Assembly (NCBI GenBank): GCA_963668025.2
Contig: CAXXTH010000010.1
Coordinates: 736,001 to 800,000, forward strand
Reading direction: 5' to 3'
DNA from: Candidatus Hydrogenedentota bacterium
GTDB lineage: Bacteria > Hydrogenedentota > Hydrogenedentia > Hydrogenedentales > SLHB01
Length of the DNA stretch: 64,000 bases
Shown here piece after piece: positions 10,723 to 20,172 of this stretch. The first letter of the stretch is position 1; every line of letters starts with the position of its first letter. The notes beneath the pieces are model-generated. The model saw only the letters and a program-made list of their open reading frames with translations. It was not told where the DNA came from and ran no database searches. Both the position numbers and the translations under genes were made by a program.

Positions 10723-10967
10723 TCCTCAATCCATTGCGCCACTTCGCGGCGCAATTCACGGGGCACGTGGAGGGTGCGGGTCTTCCCGCCCTCCTTCCAC
10801 GTCAGCAGGGCCGTTTCATGGATCGGCCCTTCCTGGACGCACCGGCAGCGCGGGTTCCCGCAGCGGCTGCGGGTGATGGTGAGCGTGGCGGGAAGAAAGG
10901 GCCCCAGACGCGCCAGGCGCGCCTGGACCTTGCGTCCCGCCGAGTTCGTGACAGGTTTCCCTTCCAT
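10620..10967 (-). CDS. DUF6788-like IS accessory protein (zinc-binding CGxxxCxC...H)
   Basis: RCGNPRCRCVQEGPIH...GKTRTLHVP; overlaps transposase start. Confidence 0.75.
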   Translation of the reverse strand: MEGKPVTNSAGRKVQARLARLGPFLPATLTITRSRCGNPRCRCVQEGPIHETALLTWKEGGKTRTLHVPRELRREVAQWIEEWKKLKKLVEAMGAAQRQFLQTRKKSIRKSSGPS

Positions 10968-10993
10968 GTACGGAAGTATATATACTTCCGTAC
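10968..10993. promoter_or_regulatory. Perfect 26-bp palindrome, candidate operator
   Basis: GTACGGAAGTATATATACTTCCGTAC abuts the start codon of the DUF6788-like gene. Confidence 0.6.
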
Positions 10994-11272
10994 CAGAAGT
11001 CAACAAAAAAAAGCGCCGATGCGAAGAAAAAACTCCCCGCACCGGCGCATCCTCAACTCATTCAACTGCTTCTACGCGAAAAAAAAGCGGTTCTTCACCG
11101 CTGATGTAATGACGTGTGCGCCACCAAAAGAGTATTGATGCGTTTTGCGGGAAAACCGCCTCTTTTTGTATATGAACATATACACCGAGCGCCTTGCCCG
11201 ATAAAAAGGCTTGTATCGCCTGTTGAGTGATTCAAAATTGCCTGCTGTTTCTTTCACTATCCGCACGTCTCC

Positions 11273-11504
11273 TTAGCCCGCTTGAGCGGGCTCTCCTTAG
11301 CACCTGGCTTCAGCCAGGGTGGATCGTCGTGAAGCGCTCTGAAGAAGCACGCTTTAGCGTGGCTTCTCGACCCGCTTCAGCAGACCTCTTTTCGCTAAAG
11401 CTCAGCAAGAAGCCGCGCTAAAGCGCGCTCTTGATTGGTTGGTCCGAACTCTCCACCCTGGCTGAAGCCAGGTGCTAAGGGGGAGCCTGCTCAAAGCAGG
11501 CTGA
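11273..11504. repeat. Nested long inverted repeat (REPIN/MITE-like)
   Basis: Arms CCTTAGCACCTGGCTTCAGCCAGGGTGGA / TCCACCCTGGCTGAAGCCAGGTGCTAAGG plus inner IR; degenerate copy at about 47216-47437. Confidence 0.75.
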
Positions 11505-11815
11505 TCGGAAAGCGCAAGACATTCCAAGCACACCGAAACCGGGATGGCTCACGTTTGGACTGGAGCCGCTCACAACGAAAACCTCACCCTGTTTCAAAGC
11601 GCTCCTACTTTCATGGCGCACACCCAATGTACTGACATTGAGAGCATCAAAAAAGCGGACTGCTTGCCCGAATATCTAACGCGGCGCTCACATATTCATC
11701 ACATCCTTCTTACTAATCTCTAATGAGCCATGCCTATGCTTTTCCCGTATATGGATTCCCCCAATCGCCCTGGTGGTGCGCCAGCGCGATACCTTCACAA
11801 GGAGATGAGTTGCAC

Positions 11816-12964
11816 ATGCATAAGCAAAAGACCGGATTCACCCTGATCGAATTGCTGGTGGTCATCGCGATCATCGCCATATTAGCAGCCATATTATTGC
11901 CTGCGCTCGCCCGGGCGCGCGAGGCGGCCCGGCGGGCTTCTTGCCAGTCCAACCTCAAGCAGTGGGGCATTGTGTTCAAAATGTATGCGGGCGAGAACCG
12001 CGATTTTTACCCGGACATGCAGACCATGCTGCCGGGATTCAGCGATGAATTGCTGGGCGTCGATATGAAGCAGCTTTATCCGGATTATTTGAATGATCCG
12101 ATGCTCACCAAATGCCCTTCCGATTCCGATGTGGACCCAAGCGATTGGGGCCAATCGGTGCTCGATTTGGAAGATGGCGTTGCGGCCATCCGCACGCTCA
12201 TCGCGTCGGGCCAAGCGAATGGGGACTGCATGCTGGCCCACCTCAGCTTTCCCCGCTCATACGCGTACATGGGCTGGGCGGTCACGCATGGGTCATCCGC
12301 GCGCATCGCCTGGAAATGTTATGAATACGCCAATGAAGGCGTGCGGCAGAACACGGCCATCCAATCCCAATTGAAAATGGATTTGGGAACCGCTTGCCCG
12401 TATGACACGGGAGATACCCAAGGCGCTTGGTACAACGATGATTCTAAGGTGTGGTACGGCTTCTACTATGTCCCCACTTCTCTGCGCAATCAATATGGCG
12501 CGGCGGGCGCATACGAGAAGAAGGTATGTCTGTCGAAAAATGGAGATGCCGTAGCCACATGGGCAGGCAAAGGCGACCGCATGGTGGCTCCTTATCCTCC
12601 GCTTTCCATCGGCCCGGATACCTTTCCTAAGCTGCGCGAGGGCGTCGAACGCTTCTTCATCACTGATATTAATAATCCGGCTTCGGGCGCATCCACCCAA
12701 AGCGCATTGCCCGTCATGCTCGATTTCTGGGGCCCCAACAAAAAAGTCAGCGATAACGGCGGCAACCAGGATTCCGGGGCGGCGGGAGCGATGGTCTTCA
12801 ATCATGTGCCCGGCGGCGCGAATGTCCTCTACATGGACGGGCATGTCGAATTTGTGCGGTATGGCAGCAAGTTCCCGGTGATGAGCTACGACGCCTCCGA
12901 TTACATGAACAACGACAATATCGTGAATTGGGCGGACAACCTGGCGGACGGGAGCCGGGGATAA
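11816..12964 (+). CDS. DUF1559 prepilin-type N-terminal cleavage/methylation protein with H-X9-DG motif
   Basis: [43 protein letters not shown]; [17 protein letters not shown]; RBS AAGGAG. Confidence 0.92.
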   Translation: MHKQKTGFTLIELLVVIAIIAILAAILLPALARAREAARRASCQSNLKQWGIVFKMYAGENRDFYPDMQTMLPGFSDELLGVDMKQLYPDYLNDPMLTKCPSDSDVDPSDWGQSVLDLEDGVAAIRTLIASGQANGDCMLAHLSFPRSYAYMGWAVTHGSSARIAWKCYEYANEGVRQNTAIQSQLKMDLGTACPYDTGDTQGAWYNDDSKVWYGFYYVPTSLRNQYGAAGAYEKKVCLSKNGDAVATWAGKGDRMVAPYPPLSIGPDTFPKLREGVERFFITDINNPASGASTQSALPVMLDFWGPNKKVSDNGGNQDSGAAGAMVFNHVPGGANVLYMDGHVEFVRYGSKFPVMSYDASDYMNNDNIVNWADNLADGSRG

Positions 12965-13040
12965 CACGCGCAATATGCGGCGGGGAGCCCTGTTCATCAA
13001 TGGGGCTCATTGAATCACACAAACAAAGGAGAACGAAAGC

Positions 13041-14246
13041 ATGCGTTTGTTGAGCACAAACATGAAAGCCTTTTTGGGCATGGCGGCCATCGCGGGAGCA
13101 ATTACAGCGGGAGCAATTACGATTGCGCCATGGGCCTCCGCATCCACCATGTATGTGAGCGAGAGCTTCGATAGTGCCGCCACCGGCGAGTTGGTCGGCT
13201 CGGGGATCCTCACGCAGAATTTCACGCCTTTCCAATTCGTGGCCGACGCCACATGGGATGTGAAGGCCGCTTGGGACAATGCGCCGGAAGACAGCCTGCC
13301 CGCGGTTACGGTCCAGGATCTTGGACAGGGTAACAAGCGCATATTACATACCGGTGAAGGCGATGGCGAACTCGATTTCGTCCAGACCGGCCTTCCCAGT
13401 TTTGACGCCTCGAACGTGCCCGTCACTATACAATTTGATGTGGAAGTGACGGTGTTCGATAGCGAAAAACGGGCCTGGTACGTATATGTCGGCAAGGAAA
13501 CCAACAATATGTATTCTTATCGCATGCGCTTCCAGGCGCGCGAGGGCAAAACATCCTTCCAGCTCAACTACTTCTCCGAGCCGGATGAAGGGGGCGAGAC
13601 CGTGATCGATGCGGGCGATGCGCCTCCCGTGGGCACATACCGCGTCCTCGTCACCTTCACGCCGAATGGCGGCTTCACGGATGTCACTTACCAGTTGATC
13701 AACCTCGACACCTTGGCCGATTTCATCGCCCCGGCTACCGTGACGCTCGTGGACGGCCTAGCCAGCGGCGCTACGTTTGATTCCGTCAAGTTCCGCTGCC
13801 ACACTAATCCGTTGTTTGGCTTTGATAATCTCTATGTATGGTACGGCGATGCCGACACCACCCCGCCAACGGTCGCGTCGGTCGAAGTCACGGGCGCGCG
13901 CACCATCGAAGTCACCTTCGATGAAGCCCTGCTGAACGGCGTCTATGACCCTGCCAATTTCGTCCTCTCGGGGAGCGGCCAAGGCTCATTGAACGCGAAC
14001 CCGGACAGCATCACACACCTCAGCGGCAACACCTACCAGCTCACGTGGGATGGCGGCGAAATGGGCAGCGGCGATGTCACGGTCACGGTAAGCGGCGTCA
14101 GTGATGTCATCGGCAATGCGATTCAAGGCGGCAACAGCGGCACGGACGCAGTCGAGGCCACCGAATTGCCACTTTCCGCCAGCGTGATGGGCGTCTTTCT
14201 TGCGCTCACAGGCCTGGCCATGATGGCCCGTTCACGCAAAGCATAA
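13041..14246 (+). CDS. Secreted surface protein with Ig-like domain and C-terminal sorting signal
   Basis: Signal peptide; DTTPPTV...VTFDEAL Ig-like repeat; LP + transmembrane helix + basic tail. Confidence 0.75.
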   Translation: MRLLSTNMKAFLGMAAIAGAITAGAITIAPWASASTMYVSESFDSAATGELVGSGILTQNFTPFQFVADATWDVKAAWDNAPEDSLPAVTVQDLGQGNKRILHTGEGDGELDFVQTGLPSFDASNVPVTIQFDVEVTVFDSEKRAWYVYVGKETNNMYSYRMRFQAREGKTSFQLNYFSEPDEGGETVIDAGDAPPVGTYRVLVTFTPNGGFTDVTYQLINLDTLADFIAPATVTLVDGLASGATFDSVKFRCHTNPLFGFDNLYVWYGDADTTPPTVASVEVTGARTIEVTFDEALLNGVYDPANFVLSGSGQGSLNANPDSITHLSGNTYQLTWDGGEMGSGDVTVTVSGVSDVIGNAIQGGNSGTDAVEATELPLSASVMGVFLALTGLAMMARSRKA

Positions 14247-14267
14247 AAGCACACATAACGCTTCTTA

Positions 14268-14303
14268 GCGGGATTCCATCTTGCCGGTGGAATCCCGCTT
14301 TTC
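14268..14303 (+). terminator. Rho-independent terminator
   Basis: GCGGGATTCCATC-loop-GGTGGAATCCCGC followed by TTTT. Confidence 0.75.
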
Positions 14304-14538
14304 ACATGGGCGCAGTTCTGTCATTGCTACTCCATTCGCTTTAGCGAGGCATTACTGCAATCTTGTTGAAGCCGTTCTTGGGCGCGTGAATGAACGCAAC
14401 ATGCATGGCGGGCTTGTCCCGCCATGCAATAACATCTGTTGTATAAAACCCTATAATCTACCCCGTTGCCATTCCAGAGAAAGCGGCCTTTCTGATAGTA
14501 TGGCCATTCCTGTAACGCAAGAAAAAGGAGGGTTTTCG

Positions 14539-15006
14539 ATGCGGTGCATAATTACAATGTTCATGACGGCTGTGGTTATGGTTGCCTCGGGCGCTTTCGC
14601 GGGCGAGGGCGATGCCGTTCTGGGAAAATGGCTGACGGCGGAGGGGCGCAGCCAAGTCGAGATCACGCTGGTGGATGGGAAATACTGCGGAACAATTAGC
14701 TGGCTCAAGGAGCCGGTTTATCCGGAAGGCGACGACGAAGCAGGCAAAACCAAGCATGACCGTAAAAATCCGGATCCCGCGAAACAAGCCTTGCCCCTCA
14801 TCGGGTTGAATCTCATTGAAGGTTTCACTTTCGCGGGTGATAACACGTGGACTGGCGGCACGATTTATGATCCCGAGAACGGCAAAACGTATCAATGCAA
14901 AATGACGCTCGATGGGGATACCTTGAATGTACGGGGCTTCATCGGTATCTCCCTCATTGGCCGCACGACAGCTTGGACGCGGCTGAAAACGGAAACGGCG
15001 GCGTAA
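14539..15006 (+). CDS. DUF2147 family secreted protein
   Basis: WTGGTIYDPENGKTY, LNVRGFIGISLIGRTTAWTR; RBS AGGAGG. Confidence 0.9.
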   Translation: MRCIITMFMTAVVMVASGAFAGEGDAVLGKWLTAEGRSQVEITLVDGKYCGTISWLKEPVYPEGDDEAGKTKHDRKNPDPAKQALPLIGLNLIEGFTFAGDNTWTGGTIYDPENGKTYQCKMTLDGDTLNVRGFIGISLIGRTTAWTRLKTETAA

Positions 15007-15027
15007 GCACGCAAGCCCGTTATAGGC

Positions 15028-16077
15028 TTATGTCGCGCAATACTCCCGTGCGGCATCCAGCAAGGCGTGCAGCGACGCCGCCAGGTGTTCCGCGGGAACG
15101 TCTTCCGTGATCCCGATGAGGAATCCTTCGCGGCTGGCTGCTTCCTTGAGGATGTGCAGCGTGGCGGCCCGCACGGCGGCGGGTGGCGCCACCATGACGC
15201 TCGATGGAAAATTCAACCATAACCGCTTGCCTGGCCACGCGGTTTGGGCTTCCGCCACGGATACGCTGCAATCGGGCGGGGGCGTAAAGGCCTCGATATA
15301 GTCCAGCGGGCTTTCCGCAATGATATCCATGATCAGGCGGTTGTCCGCGTCGAGATGGACGCCAAGGGATTTACCCGCCTCGTGTAATTCGTCGGCGAAA
15401 GCTTGCCAGCACGGCAGGACATACTCACGGATGCGTTCGGGGCCTATCATCTCGGGCACGATATTGCCGCCATACAGGACATGCTGGGCCGGGCTGGCGG
15501 CTGCAATGCGGTACATCTCGAGGTCTTTACGGACGATGTGTTCGTAGAGTTCCATGATAGCGTCTTCATCTTCGAAAAGGCCAAAGCAGAACGCCTCTTG
15601 TCCGAGCCAGCGCAATTGGATCTCGATGAGCGGGCTGTATTTGGTGTGGCCATATACATAGGCCGATTCGCCCAGCCGGTGTTGCTCCGCTAGAAAGCCG
15701 TTGTATGCCGGTTCATAGCGCGTGTCGTCCACCATGAATGCCGCGATGCGGTAATCGTCCCGTTGTTTGATCAAGTGTTCGATGGGCGCACGTGCTCCGT
15801 ATGCGCCGAATTCATGCACCTCGCTCAGTGTTCCCATCGGCGTTTCGTAGATGGTGCGTTCCCGGTGATGCCCTTCCGCGACGCTATGCACATGCACATT
15901 GGGCATATACGCCCGGAAAATATCCCGCCGTGCGGCGATGCCCAGGCCTTTTTCTTGAAAAGGAGCGGGATCAAAATCTTGCGGAAATAGGGTGTCATAC
16001 ATCGTTACAGGAACCAATGCGGGCGCGCCGCCTGCAAGAGCCGCCATGATACGTGAGCGGGGAGATTCGTATGCCAT
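15028..16077 (-). CDS. Uroporphyrinogen decarboxylase / MtaA-CmuA-like family protein
   Basis: YETPMGTL, GKSLGVHLDA, IEAFTPPP; start at 16077 with GGAGG RBS (upstream ORF extension runs into the IS). Confidence 0.7.
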   Translation of the reverse strand: MAYESPRSRIMAALAGGAPALVPVTMYDTLFPQDFDPAPFQEKGLGIAARRDIFRAYMPNVHVHSVAEGHHRERTIYETPMGTLSEVHEFGAYGARAPIEHLIKQRDDYRIAAFMVDDTRYEPAYNGFLAEQHRLGESAYVYGHTKYSPLIEIQLRWLGQEAFCFGLFEDEDAIMELYEHIVRKDLEMYRIAAASPAQHVLYGGNIVPEMIGPERIREYVLPCWQAFADELHEAGKSLGVHLDADNRLIMDIIAESPLDYIEAFTPPPDCSVSVAEAQTAWPGKRLWLNFPSSVMVAPPAAVRAATLHILKEAASREGFLIGITEDVPAEHLAASLHALLDAAREYCAT

Positions 16078-16170
16078 CCTGCGCCTCCTATGCTTTCCAT
16101 TACGTATGCCGCACCGAGCATACCGAACCTTCCATGCGGCTGCAACCTGGATGCTTGAAATTGCATGCTT

Positions 16171-17992
16171 GAGGCATTTGCGAAATAAAGAAAATCCGTA
16201 TTGACAAGGGTTTACAAAGCGGCGGAATTGGCGCCTACCCCGGAGAATGCGGGGAAAGGGGCTTGGCGGGGGCATGAATAAGGATTTTTTGTGAAAAATC
16301 ACCCCAAATGCCCTCGGCGAGCGGGAAAAGGCGTAACGTCTCCCGTGTGTGATTGTAGTATAGTTGACCACATAACCACGCACACACCAAGGAGACGTTT
16401 GCGATGGCCATTATACACCAAATGGGGTTGTTCTCGTGGAACCAGGTCGACGCGGCGTCGGATCTGGATCGGCTGAACCTGTTGCTGGCGGCGCTGCCGG
16501 ATGAAGATTTGATGCGGGCGATGGAAGCCGAACGCAAGGGGCGGCGCGACGATTATCCTATCCGCGCGATGTGGAACAGCATACTGGCGGGGATCGTCTT
16601 CCAGCACGACGGCGTCGAAAGCCTGCGCCGCGAACTAGCCCGAAACGGGCAATTGCGCCAGTTGTGCGGATTCGACGTGTTGCGGGGCGCCAAGGCGGTC
16701 CCGCCCGAATGGGTGTACACGCGGTTCTTCGCCAGATTACTGCGCCACTGGAAAGAAGTGGACCGGATGTTCGACGCGCTCATCGTCCGGCTGATGGAAC
16801 GCTTGCCGGATCTCGGGGTGCGTCTGGCCGTAGACTCGAAAGCCATCCAAACCCACGCCAAGCCTCCGCGCAAAGACGCGGTCCTGGAAAACGAAGAGCC
16901 GGACGGGCGGCGCGACCGCGACGCAGACTGGGGCACGAAAACCTACAAGGGCGTTCACAAGGACGGCACGCCCTGGGAGAAGGTCAAACGGTGGTTCGGC
17001 TACAAGCTGCACCTCATCGTGGACACGAAATATGAATTGCCGCTGGGCTACGCGGTCACGAAAGCCAGCGCCAACGACTCGCCCTTTCTGCTGCCCCTCG
17101 TGGCGGCTCTCGACGCGCGCCACCCCGAACTCGTCCAACGCGCCGAGTACCTCAGCGCCGACAAGGGCTATGATTCCGAAGCCAACAACAAGGGCCTCTT
17201 CGAGGAACATGAAATCCGGCCCATCGTGGACATCCGGGCGACCTGGAAAGAAGAACCGGAACGGCCCCGCCCTTTATATCCCGAACGGGTAGACACGATC
17301 TTCCATACCGAACGAGGTGAAGTCCTCTGCCGGTGTCGTAACGGCGCCCCAAACGAACGCGACAACTATGATTCCATGGCCTACCAAGGATTCGAGCAAG
17401 ATCGGGGAACCTTGAAATACCGTTGCCCAGCCAAGGCACGCGGGAGCGCCTGTACCCAGCAAGACCTCTGCAACCAAGGATGCCAGCCCGAACACGGACG
17501 GATTGTCCGCGTGCCCATCGCTATCGACCGGCGCATCTTTACCCCCCTGCCCCGCAGCGCCAAATCCTGGCGCCGCGAATACAAACACCGCACCGCCATC
17601 GAGCGAGTCAACAGCCGACTCGACGGCGCATACGGATTCGAGCGCCACTACATCCGCGGTATGAAAAAGATGCGCGCCCGCACCGGATTAGCCCTCCTCG
17701 TCATGCTCGGCATGGCCCTGGGATGGCTCGAAGCCGGCCAGGCAGAACGCATGCGCTCGCTCCTCGGACAGCCCCGCGCCGCATAGATCACATCGAATCC
17801 GCACAAGCAATGATGGCCCGAATCAAGGGCAAACCATGCCCATTCGGGCCGCAAGGGTCCTACACGCGAACCTCCTGCATGATTTATTGCACCCGTAGCG
17901 GAGGCGTAATCCCATTGCCACAGGCGAAAACCGCTCCGCGTGTGCCCGCACCGTCCGCGCGTTCGCAAACCACGCTATTTCGCAAATGCCTC
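16171..17992 (+). mobile_element. IS1182/IS5-like insertion sequence
   Basis: 17-bp perfect IR GAGGCATTTGCGAAATA / TATTTCGCAAATGCCTC; flanking direct repeat ATGCTT. Confidence 0.9.
16404..17786 (+). CDS. DDE transposase (DUF772-like N-terminus)
   Basis: AVDSK, WFGYKLHLIVD, SADKGYD, YKHRTAIERVNSRL. Confidence 0.92.
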   Translation: MAIIHQMGLFSWNQVDAASDLDRLNLLLAALPDEDLMRAMEAERKGRRDDYPIRAMWNSILAGIVFQHDGVESLRRELARNGQLRQLCGFDVLRGAKAVPPEWVYTRFFARLLRHWKEVDRMFDALIVRLMERLPDLGVRLAVDSKAIQTHAKPPRKDAVLENEEPDGRRDRDADWGTKTYKGVHKDGTPWEKVKRWFGYKLHLIVDTKYELPLGYAVTKASANDSPFLLPLVAALDARHPELVQRAEYLSADKGYDSEANNKGLFEEHEIRPIVDIRATWKEEPERPRPLYPERVDTIFHTERGEVLCRCRNGAPNERDNYDSMAYQGFEQDRGTLKYRCPAKARGSACTQQDLCNQGCQPEHGRIVRVPIAIDRRIFTPLPRSAKSWRREYKHRTAIERVNSRLDGAYGFERHYIRGMKKMRARTGLALLVMLGMALGWLEAGQAERMRSLLGQPRAA

Positions 17993-18067
17993 ATGCTTGA
18001 AATTGCATTGAGGCGTGATCCGCGCTTTGTTACAATGGACGTTTACTTTGGAAAGGAATTCCGCGCC

Positions 18068-18859
18068 ATGGCGCTGAATATCGAGCAGCGAAGGCGGTAC
18101 GAACGCAATTTGCTCGTTCCCGGAATCGGAGAAGCGGGGCAGGAGCGCCTTGCGGCGGCGAAGGCGGCCGTCGTGGGGCTTGGCGGCCTCGGCAGCCCGG
18201 TATGCCAATATCTCGTATCGGCGGGTGTGGGCTGCATCGGGTTAATCGATGCGGATGTGGTCGAGTTGTCCAATCTGCAACGCCAAGTGCTGCACAACAC
18301 GCCGCGCCTGGGCCGCCTCAAGACGGATTCCGCCCGGGAAGGCCTTGAAGCGTTGAATCCCGAGGTGCGGCTCGAAACCATGCCGGCCCGCTTGGCTGCC
18401 GCGAACGCCAAGGAAATTCTTGATCCATATGATGTGGTCGTCGAGGCCACGGATAATTTTGGTACGAAGTTTTTAATTAATGACACCTGTGTGGCGTTGC
18501 GGAAGCCTTTCGCCACGGCGGGAATTCTGGCCCTGTCGGGCCAGGCGATGTTTGTCGTGCCGGGGCGGACGCCTTGCCTGCGTTGCGTCACGCCGGAAAT
18601 CCCGGAGGGCGTGCCCACGACATCGCAATGGGGTGTATTGGGTGCCGTGCCGGGAGTATTGGGCAGTGTGGAGGCCCTGGAAGTGATACGCTGGATTGTG
18701 GGTTTGTGGCGGCCACGTCCGGATTGCCGTGGCGCGCTACATACGCTTGACGGCGAAACCATGCGGCTGCGCACTATGTTGATCCCCATGCGGGCGGATT
18801 GCGCTTGCGGAATGAGCCGCAACCACGGATCCGGATTTATAGACCACGAAATACACTAA
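18068..18859 (+). CDS. thiF: ThiF/MoeB family sulfur-carrier adenylyltransferase
   Basis: VGLGGLG, DADVVELSNLQRQ, ATDNF, PCLRC; upstream of thiG and thiS. Confidence 0.8.
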   Translation: MALNIEQRRRYERNLLVPGIGEAGQERLAAAKAAVVGLGGLGSPVCQYLVSAGVGCIGLIDADVVELSNLQRQVLHNTPRLGRLKTDSAREGLEALNPEVRLETMPARLAAANAKEILDPYDVVVEATDNFGTKFLINDTCVALRKPFATAGILALSGQAMFVVPGRTPCLRCVTPEIPEGVPTTSQWGVLGAVPGVLGSVEALEVIRWIVGLWRPRPDCRGALHTLDGETMRLRTMLIPMRADCACGMSRNHGSGFIDHEIH

Positions 18860-19232
18860 ATACACTAAAATTTTGTAGGGTGGGGCTTGCCCCACCGCTC
18901 TGCAAAGCAGATGTAATATATAGGATTGCAGAAAAAATCATGCAAGATGCCTGATTTTTTGGAGATAGTAATACGAATAAACGCCGGATGTGGTTTTCTT
19001 GTACCATTTTAGCCAAGTGGTGAAAAATGACCGGTGAGGGCGCCAGTCCCACACATTGCATAGTAGGAAAAAGCGTGGGACCGCCCCCGGCGCTCGTCAC
19101 TTGGAATATGGCGTATCTTTACCGTTGTGTTCTTGTATAGGCGCATCCCTTGAACGGTGGGGCCAGCCTACAAGATTTGGTTTGTTTCGTGGTCTATAAA
19201 TCCGGACCTTTGGTTGCGGCTACGCTGCGCTA
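18817..19232. repeat. Mosaic cluster of REP-like repeats between thiF and thiG
   Basis: Family A REP at 18875, GTGGGAC-type palindromes, inverted flanking modules TTTAGTGTATTT / TCCGGA..TGGTTGCGGCT also seen near 6310, 23190 and 46155. Confidence 0.6.
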
Positions 19233-19277
19233 AGCAAATTAGCGCCGATTCGAGGTGGAATCTGAAAGGAGCCATAC

Positions 19278-20060
19278 ATGTTGGCTGATGCATTGGTAAT
19301 AGCCGGGCGCACGATGCGCTCGCGCTTGTTTGTGGGAACGGGTAAATTCCCGTCGCCCCAGGCGTTGCGGGAAACGCTCGATGCCTCGGATGCCGAGATG
19401 GTCACGGTGGCGCTGCGCCGGGCCGATCTGTCGAAACCGAATGAGGACAGTATTTTATCGGTGCTTGATCCCCAGCGCCACCTCATCATTCCGAACACAT
19501 CGGGCGCGCGGAATGCGGCGGAAGCCGTACGCTTGGCGAAGATGGCGCGCGCGGCGGGCCTGGAGCGGTGGATCAAGCTCGAATTGACGCCGGAGCCAAA
19601 ATATCTGCTGCCGGATCCCATCGAAACCTTGAAAGCCGCCGAGGAATTGGTGAAGGATGGTTTCATCGTGTTGCCGTATATCCAGGCCGATCCCGTTTTG
19701 GCGAAACGCCTCGAGGAAATCGGTACGGCGGCGGTGATGCCCCTGGGCGCGCCTATTGGCAGCAACAAGGGCTTGCGCACGCGCGATATGCTCCGCATCA
19801 TCATCGAGCAGTCCAACGTGCCCGTGGTCGTGGATGCGGGATTAGGAGCGCCATCGCATGCCGCCGAAGCCATGGAGCTGGGCGCGGACGCCGTGCTGGT
19901 CAATACGGCGCTTGCCGACGCCACGGATCATCGGGCCATGGCCAAGGCGTTCGCCATGGCCACGGAAGCGGGCCGTTTGGCGTATCGCGCGGGCCTCGGG
20001 CCGGAACGGGATGTAGCGGAAGCTTCTTCGCCGCTCACAGGTTTCTTACAAGAGATGTAG
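19278..20060 (+). CDS. thiG: Thiazole synthase
   Basis: [39 protein letters not shown]. Confidence 0.97.
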   Translation: MLADALVIAGRTMRSRLFVGTGKFPSPQALRETLDASDAEMVTVALRRADLSKPNEDSILSVLDPQRHLIIPNTSGARNAAEAVRLAKMARAAGLERWIKLELTPEPKYLLPDPIETLKAAEELVKDGFIVLPYIQADPVLAKRLEEIGTAAVMPLGAPIGSNKGLRTRDMLRIIIEQSNVPVVVDAGLGAPSHAAEAMELGADAVLVNTALADATDHRAMAKAFAMATEAGRLAYRAGLGPERDVAEASSPLTGFLQEM

Positions 20061-20172
20061 CGTGGATTGCCGGGTGAATCCCTTTGAAAAAAGATTTCAC
20101 CGGACTCCTTTCAGATGCTTTTAGTTCGCTTCGCGATGATGGCGAAGCATTATATCGCTAGAGGATTATTCC

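Larger units (their letters stand above)
9117..11103 (-). mobile_element. Two-ORF insertion sequence (ISNCY/ISAs1-like DDE transposase plus DUF6788-like accessory gene)
   Basis: 13-bp terminal IR CAGCGGTGAAGAA / TTCTTCACCGCTG; 9-bp target duplication ATGTAATGA at 9108-9116 and 11104-11112. Confidence 0.9.

Noticed and set aside
13092-13120. 15-bp tandem duplication in a signal peptide (AGAIT x2)
   Set aside because: In-frame micro-duplication with no evident functional consequence
16078-16383. N-terminal extension of the uroD-like ORF
   Set aside because: Runs into the IS; a strong RBS supports the start at 16077
17423-18067. Apparent 478-aa ThiF fusion
   Set aside because: The upstream part is an alternative frame of the IS; ThiF homology starts at 18068
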